Below are positions 1 to 6,914 of a DNA stretch of 64,000 nt, piece after piece (positions within the stretch are counted from its first letter, which is position 1; each line of letters starts with the position of its first letter). Position numbers and translations under genes: made by a program. Source of the stretch: a virus (taxonomy: Duplodnaviria > Caudoviricetes); IMG/VR virus record IMGVR_UViG_3300046804_002724, positions 645 through 64,644 of that record, one strand, 5' to 3'. The notes under the pieces are model-generated. The model saw nothing but the letters and a program-made list of their open reading frames with translations. It was not told the origin of the DNA and ran no database searches.

Positions 1-37
1 TCATAGGGGTCTGACAAATTTCAACTCGCAAAACACC

Positions 38-102
38 CAAATCGGACATTTTGACTATGAGTTACATCACATTTTGAAAAAATAAGGTGCAAATCGGACA
101 TT
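38..102. repeat. 13-bp direct repeat CAAATCGGACATT (38-50 and 90-102)
   Basis: Two exact copies 52 nt apart in non-coding DNA. Confidence 0.8.
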
Positions 103-207
103 ATGGGCGCACTATCTGAAAATTACAATCGTTTTTTATTGTGTATCATACATGAAAAATTTATATTAACATTTTTATAAATCTGAAAAAGTAGTCGACT
201 AGAATAT

Positions 208-221
208 GTTTCACGTGAAAC
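208..221. promoter_or_regulatory. parS: parS site (ParB-binding palindrome GTTTCACGTGAAAC)
   Basis: Perfect 14-bp match to the chromosomal parS consensus; 15/16 match to TGTTTCACGTGAAACA. Confidence 0.8.
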
Positions 222-257
222 CTAGATTTTTTTGGCGGGAAATGATAAGATGTAATC

Positions 258-335
258 ATGAAGACAATACTCTGGATAGGCATAGTAGCAATCCTAGTTC
301 ATATATGTGGCATAGCCATCTATATATTTAACTAG
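258..335 (+). CDS. 25-aa hydrophobic micro-ORF (MKTILWIGIVAILVHICGIAIYIFN), AUA-rich, probably leaderless
   Basis: Read by hand. TGATAAGAT extended -10 at 243-251 lies 6 nt before the ATG. The stop codon overlaps the first base of the tRNA. Confidence 0.5.
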   Translation: MKTILWIGIVAILVHICGIAIYIFN

Positions 336-409
336 GGCCTATAGCTTAATCTGGTGAAAGCAATTGTCTTATATGCAATCGACTTTGGGTTCAAATCCCA
401 ATAGGCCTA
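335..409 (+). tRNA. trnI: tRNA-Ile, anticodon UAU
   Basis: Cloverleaf: acceptor GGGCCTA/TAGGCCT, D stem GCTT/AAGC, anticodon stem ATTGT/GCAAT with loop CT-TAT-AT, T arm TTGGG-TTCAAAT-CCCAA. Discriminator is A; CCA is not encoded. Confidence 0.92.
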
Positions 410-412
410 CTA

Positions 413-547
413 ATGGAAAAAAATATGATCTGTTCATTTTGTGAAAAACATGCATACACTAGTATGATCAATAATAAAGGTGTTAAATATTTTCTTTGCG
501 AAAATCATGTAAAAAAAATTAAGACTATTGACAACGATAAAAATTAA
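413..547 (+). CDS. 44-aa putative zinc-binding micro-protein (CxxC...CxxH)
   Basis: Hand translation: MEKNMICSFCEKHAYTSMINNKGVKYFLCENHVKKIKTIDNDKN. Confidence 0.55.
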   Translation: MEKNMICSFCEKHAYTSMINNKGVKYFLCENHVKKIKTIDNDKN

Positions 548-557
548 ATGTTACACT
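528..557 (+). promoter_or_regulatory. Sigma70/SigA-type promoter TTGACA-N18-TACACT with extended TG
   Basis: Consensus -35 at 528-533 and -10 at 552-557, followed by about 150 nt without an ORF. Confidence 0.6.
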
Positions 558-709
558 TAGTTTGGTTTGTGGGGGCTTACACTGAGAACTCAAATGTACT
601 AAGTGTCAGTTTCTCTATCTCGTCAAAGTTTTTAACTTTGGGGGGTAGGGGGGCTTTCCTAAAAATCTAAATCCCTAAGTATCAATATATAAATAGTATA
701 ATAATATAT

Positions 710-1414
710 ATGATAAATAAAAAATATGATTCATTTTACTTTCTCCATATACCAAAAACAGGTGGAAGTTATTTTAATGAATATATATCTAGTCAACTAA
801 AAAATATAGAAATATTACCAACAAAAGATAAGCATTCTGGTTGGTCAGATTTAATTAAAGAATCAACATATATTTTTTCAATTATAAGAGATCCTATAAT
901 GTTTGCTTGCAGCATATATTCTCATGTAATTTGTGAAAAAGCGGGATTGCTAAAAGATAATCAACCAATTTTAATTCAAGATTTTAAATCAATAAACCTA
1001 GATAAAAAATACTTCTTTAAATGGTTAAATTTTAACCAATGGATATATAATGCTCAAAGTAAAAGCTTTCTACATTCATCTACAAATGATAAATATATTA
1101 TAGATGATATGATTCAAAAATATATTTTTAATAAAAATGTCGACAAAGAACTTTTATACACTAGACTAAATAGAGTTAATTTATTAATTAGACATGAAGA
1201 TCTATATGACTCTCAAAAAATATATGAAAAAATATGTAAAGATTTAGGAATAAATTGTGAGGGGCAGATAATAATAGATCGTGATACTTTTTCCAATAAG
1301 GCATCTAAAAGTCTCTATACTAGCCTTACAGAGTCAGATAAGGCTATTCTAGAGGAAATGTTTGCCCTAGATATGGAAATATATCACAGTAATTTTTTTA
1401 CTCTACTAGACTAG
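710..1414 (+). CDS. Sulfotransferase family protein (PAPS-dependent)
   Basis: 5'-PSB motif FLHIPKTGGS and 3'-PB-like motif IIRDP. Confidence 0.8.
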   Translation: MINKKYDSFYFLHIPKTGGSYFNEYISSQLKNIEILPTKDKHSGWSDLIKESTYIFSIIRDPIMFACSIYSHVICEKAGLLKDNQPILIQDFKSINLDKKYFFKWLNFNQWIYNAQSKSFLHSSTNDKYIIDDMIQKYIFNKNVDKELLYTRLNRVNLLIRHEDLYDSQKIYEKICKDLGINCEGQIIIDRDTFSNKASKSLYTSLTESDKAILEEMFALDMEIYHSNFFTLLD

Positions 1415-1432
1415 TTTTGGTATAATGGACAT

Positions 1433-1534
1433 ATGGAAATAATTTTTGGATTTCTTATATGTGTAGCTATAATGGGATTTGCATTACATGCATCTATAAG
1501 TGAGTATGATTCTAATAAATGGAAGAATAGGTAA
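1433..1534 (+). CDS. 33-aa single-TM micro-protein (MEIIFGFLICVAIMGFALHASISEYDSNKWKNR)
   Basis: TGGTATAAT at 1418-1426 lies 6 nt before the ATG (leaderless geometry); hydrophobic N-terminus. Confidence 0.55.
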   Translation: MEIIFGFLICVAIMGFALHASISEYDSNKWKNR

Positions 1535-1596
1535 TATATTGCTTCTATTTTTCGGCTCACTTCCCGCCGCACTTTTTCACTTATTTGGAGAAATTT

Positions 1597-2190
1597 ATGT
1601 TTTATAATGATGATAATGTACAGAAAATAAAAGAAGAAGGTGTATGGCTATATAAAAACTTTATATCAGAAGATGAATGTGCAAAAATATTGCATGAAGT
1701 AGATAAGTTTACTGATAAAGATTGGCAAGATGGCTGGGCCAGACATCAAGGAACATTGTTCTATTCCAATAGCCCAGAATCAGAAAAAGAAATTGAGGAG
1801 TGGTGGAATAATAAAGTAAGTCCGCCAGTTTTAATACCAACGATTACAAACATAAACAAAAAATTAAAAGATTTGTTTTCTCCAGAATTAATATTTTTGC
1901 CAGAGTATAAAATTGTAAGATTGGTTCCTGGCCAAAACATGAAAGGTCACAGAGATAACAGATCAGCAACAACTACATCTGAGGTTAAACAACAATTTAC
2001 AATATCTTGTGCCTATACACTTTACTTAAGTAATTTTACTGGCGGAGAAATAAATTATCCAGAAATTGGTTATACTCATGTTCCAGAGCCAGGCGATTTA
2101 ATCATTCACGGGGGAACAGTTTTTCACGAAGTTTTTGATGTATTAGAAGGCAATCGATATACAATCACTGGCTGGTTACTGAATAAGTAA
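1597..2190 (+). CDS. 2OG-Fe(II) oxygenase, prolyl-4-hydroxylase-like
   Basis: HRD, then YLSNFTGGEINYP, then HEVFDVLEGNRY (HxD..H..R). The ATG at 1597 follows GGAG; the ORF track starts at 1585. Confidence 0.88.
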   Translation: MFYNDDNVQKIKEEGVWLYKNFISEDECAKILHEVDKFTDKDWQDGWARHQGTLFYSNSPESEKEIEEWWNNKVSPPVLIPTITNINKKLKDLFSPELIFLPEYKIVRLVPGQNMKGHRDNRSATTTSEVKQQFTISCAYTLYLSNFTGGEINYPEIGYTHVPEPGDLIIHGGTVFHEVFDVLEGNRYTITGWLLNK

Positions 2191-2262
2191 ACCCCATACG
2201 GAGGCGGATCCATATGGGGTTTATGCACTTACGTGCCAGTAAGGAGCAAAGCTCTACTTACA
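2187..2262 (-). ncRNA. Candidate ~75-nt three-hairpin small RNA
   Basis: Own promoter TTGACT-N17-TACAAT on the minus strand (2297-2269). Three consecutive hairpins, including a GUAA tetraloop and a 14-bp terminal stem that is fully paired (U-G) only on the minus strand. Confidence 0.6.
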
Positions 2263-2268
2263 GTATTT

Positions 2269-2297
2269 ATTGTATTTTATCTTTTTTTCAAAGTCAA
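2269..2297 (-). promoter_or_regulatory. Promoter TTGACT-N17-TACAAT
   Basis: Plus-strand agtcaa at 2292-2297 and attgta at 2269-2274. Confidence 0.65.
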
Positions 2298-2441
2298 TGT
2301 TTTTTTAATTCTTTTTTTAATTAAATAAAAAAAATTAGATATTTTGTATTCTAATATTCCTTCTTTTGTTTCAGTCCTATAATGATCAGTATTAAAATAT
2401 GGACTGTGCATATTTTTTGAAAAGTGATCTCTTGGACTCAT
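2277..2441 (-). CDS. 54-aa hypothetical protein (MSPRDHFSKNMHSPYF...)
   Basis: Hand-read ORF continuing the minus-strand gene string; TATAAT lies 7 nt upstream of the ATG. Confidence 0.55.
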   Translation of the reverse strand: MSPRDHFSKNMHSPYFNTDHYRTETKEGILEYKISNFFYLIKKRIKKTLTLKKR

Positions 2442-2449
2442 GTATATAA

Positions 2450-2665
2450 TTATACATTATTATCGGACCTAAAGGATGGGGACGGTCCAAGCAAAAACCC
2501 CTCCTCATGATATTTAACCATTTTTTGAGTATCTTCCTCGCCAGCTATTTTTGTCGATATTAAGACGAGAATATCATATATCCTATGAAGCATAATATAA
2601 TTTACTAGATCTAAATTTTCCTCTAGCGGTTTATTGTCATTTTCCATTTTTTTCCAAATATTCAT
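2450..2665 (-). CDS. Hypothetical protein
   Basis: ORF track; packed in the minus-strand string. Confidence 0.7.
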   Translation of the reverse strand: MNIWKKMENDNKPLEENLDLVNYIMLHRIYDILVLISTKIAGEEDTQKMVKYHEEGFLLGPSPSFRSDNNV

Positions 2666-2825
2666 TTAATTCATTTAGGATTTGATCATAAGAAATGTTT
2701 TCTTCTTTACACTTTTCTATATAAACCTTAAATTCTTTTATTACATTTAATGCCATAGGTAAAGCTGGCATATGTACACAAGGAATTCTCATTCCTATAT
2801 TTCTTAACAAATTATTATCGTACAT
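2637..2825 (-). CDS. Hypothetical protein
   Basis: ORF track; overlaps both neighbours in operon fashion. Confidence 0.65.
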   Translation of the reverse strand: MYDNNLLRNIGMRIPCVHMPALPMALNVIKEFKVYIEKCKEENISYDQILNELNEYLEKNGK

Positions 2826-3009
2826 TTTCTATTATGCTTTCTATGTTTTTGTAAATTTTAATTCCTATATACTTTTTGTATTCACACGATATGCAATACA
2901 AAAAAATTTGATCATCATTATCCATATTTGCAAAAAGAAGGCCTTGATCCAATGGACAATCCATGCTTGGAACAAGACCTTCTCTTGCAAGCGTTAAATA
3001 CTTAGACAC
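2815..3009 (-). CDS. Small putative zinc-ribbon protein (CPLD...CISC)
   Basis: CxxD and CxxC pairs. Confidence 0.65.
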   Translation of the reverse strand: MSKYLTLAREGLVPSMDCPLDQGLLFANMDNDDQIFLYCISCEYKKYIGIKIYKNIESIIENVR

Positions 3010-3033
3010 TACTTGTATCTTAATATTTAACTC

Positions 3034-3600
3034 CTAACTCTTTGGAAACTCTAAAAGCCACTTTTTAGTTTCTGGCGTTAAGCCTTTCCACGATGACCAA
3101 TCTTTGCCGCCATTAGTCATATAATACGTTATCTCTGCGTTGATTACTGGATCAAATAACGTGTAGTTACTGTCCAGGTTGAATTTCTCTTTACGATCAT
3201 CGCCAAGGTTTCCCAGCATGTTGATCTGAAAAATTCCGTAGGAACTGTCTCCAGTATTCCTGTTGCCGTTATAAGCCATTGGTCGTCCATGGGATTCCTT
3301 TTTAGCTACGGCCCACGCCATTTTAAGGGCGTTTCCTTCAAAACCTACATAAGATAATAACTTTACCAAGTCTTTATCTGTAAGTGCCTCTGAAGGCTTG
3401 TATACAGTATTGCTGAACTTTTCCAGCGTTTCTTTTTTCAGTTGTGCTTCTGTTTTACTTATCTCTGGCTTTATAGTCAGAGCTGATGCATTTGGAATTA
3501 TATTATCTTGTCCTGAAAACAAAAAAATAATTAATATTCCAATTGCTGTCCAATGATGTACAACATCGCTGAACTTTTCTTTTATATTCTCCATTGGCAT
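3034..3600 (-). CDS. Lysozyme-like/lytic transglycosylase with N-terminal membrane anchor (probable endolysin)
   Basis: AVAKKES catalytic Glu motif and SYGIFQINM motif; hydrophobic segment WTAIGILIIFLF. GGAGG precedes the ATG at 3600. Confidence 0.8.
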   Translation of the reverse strand: MPMENIKEKFSDVVHHWTAIGILIIFLFSGQDNIIPNASALTIKPEISKTEAQLKKETLEKFSNTVYKPSEALTDKDLVKLLSYVGFEGNALKMAWAVAKKESHGRPMAYNGNRNTGDSSYGIFQINMLGNLGDDRKEKFNLDSNYTLFDPVINAEITYYMTNGGKDWSSWKGLTPETKKWLLEFPKS

Positions 3601-3628
3601 TCCTCCATTAGAGAGATAACGAACTATA

Positions 3629-3658
3629 ATCATAACATTGATTTATGGAATATGTCAA
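3629..3658 (-). promoter_or_regulatory. Promoter TTGACA-N18-TATGAT for the lysozyme-like operon
   Basis: Consensus boxes on the minus strand, with extended TG. Confidence 0.65.
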
Positions 3659-3660
3659 GT

Positions 3661-3693
3661 TAGTCAACTAAAAATAAAAATTATAGTTAACTA
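3661..3693. promoter_or_regulatory. Two TAGTYAACTA near-palindromes between divergent promoters
   Basis: TAGTCAACTA at 3661-3670 and TAGTTAACTA at 3684-3693; related copies at 192, 790, 6021 and 26991. Confidence 0.45.
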
Positions 3694-3809
3694 ATAATTA
3701 CATATATTTTTTAACAAAAAAAATAAAAGTCTTCCTTTCTATATTTTTTTTTGGTAGAATTAATATCTTAATTTAAATTTATTAACCGCAAGGCGGAGAA
3801 AAGGTATAT

Positions 3810-5744
3810 ATGTCAAAAACTATTGAAAACCCATATGAAAACTTTATTGCATTATCAAGATATGCAAGATGGATCCCAGAAGAAAATCGTCGTGAAACAT
3901 GGGGTGAAACAGTAGATAGATACTTTAGTTTTATGTTAGATCATCTTTTTGAAAACTATAAATATGAACCAGATTCTAAGTTGATAGAAGAACTTAGACA
4001 AGCAGTTTATGATAGAAATGTTATGCCATCTATGAGATCTGTAATGACTGCAGGTCCAGCTTTATCAAGAGACCATGTTGCTGGATACAATTGTTCTTTT
4101 GTTCCAGTAGATAGTCCAAGATCATTTGATGAAACCATGTATATTCTAATGTGTGGAACTGGTGTAGGGTTTTCTGTTGAATATAAGTACGTTAACAAGC
4201 TTCCATCTATTCCAGATTCTTTTGAAAAATCAGATACAGTTATTGTTGTAGAAGATTCAAAGCAGGGTTGGGCAAAAGCATATCGTGAATTACTTGCATT
4301 GTTATGGACAGGACATATTCCAGCAATTGATGTAAGTAAAGTTCGCCCAGCAGGCGCAAGACTTAAAACAATGGGTGGACGTTCTTCAGGACCACAACCA
4401 CTAATTAATCTTTTTGATTTTACTATTGCAAAATTTAAAAATGCTTCAGGTCGTCAACTTAAGCCAATTGAAGCACATGACATTATGTGTAAGATTGGTG
4501 AGGTAGTAGTTGTTGGAGGTGTTCGTCGTTCAGCAATGATTTCTCTTTCAAATATAAATGATATTGAGATGGCAGCAGCTAAATCAGGAAATTGGTGGGA
4601 AAATAATCCACAACGTGCTTTATCAAATAATTCAGTTGCTTATTCTCGTAAACCAGAAATGGAACAATTTATTGCAGAATGGAAATCTTTATATGATTCT
4701 AAATCAGGAGAACGTGGAATCTATAATGTCGCAGCAGCACAAAAACAAGCTTCTAAATTTGGACGTAGAGATCCAGAAATTCATTATGGCACCAACCCTT
4801 GCTCCGAAATTATTCTTCGTCCTTATCAATTTTGTAATCTTTCAGAAGTCGTATTACGTGAAAAAGATACACCAACAACTGTTGCAGAAAAGGTACGCCT
4901 AGCAACAATTCTTGGAACATGGCAATCTACATTAACAGACTTTAAATATCTTAGAAAAATATGGAAAGACAATACCGAAGAAGAAAGGCTTCTTGGAGTT
5001 TCTCTTACGGGGCAGTTTGGAAACAAATTTTTTTCAGGAAAAGAAGATTTAAAAAAACTTGAAGAAACTCTTTCAGGACTTCGTGATTATTCACGAGAAA
5101 TAAATAAAGAAGAAGCTGAAAAGATTGGAATTAAAGAATCAGCAGCCATTACTTGTGTAAAACCATCTGGTACGGTTTCGCAATTAGTGGGAGTTTCTTC
5201 TGGAATGCATGCATGGCATTCTCCTTATTATATTCGTACTGTACGTGGAGATAAAAAAGATCCATTATCAACATTTTTAAAAGAAGTTGGGATTCCCGTA
5301 GAGGATGATGTAATGAAACCAAACGATACTTATGTTTTTTCATTTCCAGTAAAAGCTCCAGAAGGAGCGGTAACTAGAAATGAATTGACAGCTATCGAAC
5401 ATTTAAATACTTGGTTAATTTATCAACGTGCTTGGTGTGAACATAAACCATCAATTACTGTTTCAGTTAAAGAACATGAATGGATGGAGGTTGGAGCGTG
5501 GGTATATAAGAATTTTGACGAAGTCTCTGGAATTTCATTTTTACCACATTCCGATCATACTTATAAGCAAGCACCATACCAGGAAGTAACTAAAGAACAA
5601 TATGAGGACCTTCTTTCAAGAATGCCTAAGAATATTCGTTGGGAAGATTTGTCATTTTATGAAACTGAAGATGGAACATCTACAAATGCAACATTAGCAT
5701 GTAGTTCTGATGGAAATTGTGAACTTGTAGATATTACAGCATAG
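3810..5744 (+). CDS. nrdJ: Class II (adenosylcobalamin-dependent) ribonucleotide reductase, monomeric RTPR type
   Basis: YNCSF, NPCSEI, CNL, TCVKPSGT and C-terminal ACSSDGNC motifs; no beta subunit gene nearby. Confidence 0.93.
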   Translation: MSKTIENPYENFIALSRYARWIPEENRRETWGETVDRYFSFMLDHLFENYKYEPDSKLIEELRQAVYDRNVMPSMRSVMTAGPALSRDHVAGYNCSFVPVDSPRSFDETMYILMCGTGVGFSVEYKYVNKLPSIPDSFEKSDTVIVVEDSKQGWAKAYRELLALLWTGHIPAIDVSKVRPAGARLKTMGGRSSGPQPLINLFDFTIAKFKNASGRQLKPIEAHDIMCKIGEVVVVGGVRRSAMISLSNINDIEMAAAKSGNWWENNPQRALSNNSVAYSRKPEMEQFIAEWKSLYDSKSGERGIYNVAAAQKQASKFGRRDPEIHYGTNPCSEIILRPYQFCNLSEVVLREKDTPTTVAEKVRLATILGTWQSTLTDFKYLRKIWKDNTEEERLLGVSLTGQFGNKFFSGKEDLKKLEETLSGLRDYSREINKEEAEKIGIKESAAITCVKPSGTVSQLVGVSSGMHAWHSPYYIRTVRGDKKDPLSTFLKEVGIPVEDDVMKPNDTYVFSFPVKAPEGAVTRNELTAIEHLNTWLIYQRAWCEHKPSITVSVKEHEWMEVGAWVYKNFDEVSGISFLPHSDHTYKQAPYQEVTKEQYEDLLSRMPKNIRWEDLSFYETEDGTSTNATLACSSDGNCELVDITA

Positions 5745-5808
5745 TAGTATAATAAATTTATGGGCTAACCCATAATTCTGGGCAAAACGTTCAGAAACAG
5801 GAGGATAT

Positions 5809-6015
5809 ATGAAAGACTTGAATAAAATGTTAGAACAGGTATTAGCAGCATTATCAACGTATGGAAGAGCTTTTGTCTCAGCCGTGCTTGCTCTATATAT
5901 GACTGGGAATACAAATCCTAGTGATTTGGTTAAGGGTGGCATTGCAGCCATTGTTCCAGTAATTTTAAAGGCATTAAATACTAATGAGCCTGCATTTGGG
6001 TTTAAGAAAAAGTAA
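5809..6015 (+). CDS. Putative holin
   Basis: 68 aa, two hydrophobic helices, basic KKK C-terminus, strong AGGAGG SD. Confidence 0.65.
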   Translation: MKDLNKMLEQVLAALSTYGRAFVSAVLALYMTGNTNPSDLVKGGIAAIVPVILKALNTNEPAFGFKKK

Positions 6016-6036
6016 TAATTTAGCCAACTAGATTAG

Positions 6037-6072
6037 AAAGGCTCTTGTGATAAAATTGTCACAAGAGCTTTT
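6037..6072 (+). terminator. Intrinsic terminator after the holin
   Basis: GCTCTTGTGA...TCACAAGAGC stem followed by TTTT. Confidence 0.7.
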
Positions 6073-6093
6073 CCAATTAGGAGACTTTAGCAA

Positions 6094-6444
6094 ATGGCAG
6101 TACAAAAGAATTGGGAAGTGGATCAAAATACCACTTTCAAATTTCAGGTTCAATATACAGAAGACGATGAGGTAACCCCCATCGATCTTACTGGTGCAAC
6201 CGCAAAAATGCAGGTAAGAGATACAAAAGGTGGCAGTAAATTAGCCTTTACCTTAACATCACCTGTCGGCGGTATTACAATTGATGGCCCAACAGGCACA
6301 TTAAATATAGTAATGACCCCTACTCAAACCAATAAGCTATTTTATCCTAAATCATCATATGACGTTATGGTTGTTGATTCCAATGGAAACAAAATCAAAA
6401 TTGTGGAAGGCTTTATGACTTTGAGTAGGTCGGTAACTATATAA
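6094..6444 (+). CDS. Virion structural protein (BppU-N-like fibre anchor)
   Basis: PIDLTGATAKMQVR...YDV pattern typical of phage beta-sandwich adaptor proteins. Confidence 0.6.
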   Translation: MAVQKNWEVDQNTTFKFQVQYTEDDEVTPIDLTGATAKMQVRDTKGGSKLAFTLTSPVGGITIDGPTGTLNIVMTPTQTNKLFYPKSSYDVMVVDSNGNKIKIVEGFMTLSRSVTI

Positions 6445-6902
6445 TGGCTAATGAAAAAATAATAGTAACAGAAAATAAAAACAAAGTTATAGTATCAACT
6501 CCAGGACCACAAGGACCAAGAGGGCGTACCATTTTAAATGGCACAGGCGCACCATCTTCCAACCTAGGTTATATTGGAGATTTTTATTATGACATTTCAA
6601 CTACAAGATTTTATGGGCCTAAAATTTCAGAAACTACTTGGGATGGTGCTAATAACTTTTTACTTCAAGATCCAGCATCAGATTATGCAAGAGTTTTAAG
6701 TTGGGAACTTACTCAAGTTCAATATAATTCACAAGAACAATATTACTATATCGATTTACAGCACGATCTAAACTTTTATCCAAATGTCACTATCAAAGAT
6801 AGTACTAATGAATTAGTTGAAACTGGAATTGAATATGTAACAGCAAATAAAATAACACTGACGATGGCGCAACCCTTTTCTGGGAAAGCATATTTGTCAT
6901 AA
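6444..6902 (+). CDS. Fibre-associated structural protein with short collagen-like motif
   Basis: PGPQGPRG, G-x-GAP...G..GDFY..YGPK and HDLNFYPNV motifs. Confidence 0.65.
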   Translation: MANEKIIVTENKNKVIVSTPGPQGPRGRTILNGTGAPSSNLGYIGDFYYDISTTRFYGPKISETTWDGANNFLLQDPASDYARVLSWELTQVQYNSQEQYYYIDLQHDLNFYPNVTIKDSTNELVETGIEYVTANKITLTMAQPFSGKAYLS

Positions 6903-6914
6903 AAGGAGAAAGAA

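Noticed and set aside
335-409. tRNA as a suppressor indicating an alternative genetic code
   Set aside because: The 7-nt loop centres on TAT, not TTA or CTA, and all genes read through normally with the standard code.
1548-1582. Pyrimidine-rich intergenic stretch with repeated CACTT
   Set aside because: No stable hairpin or second locus was found to give it meaning.
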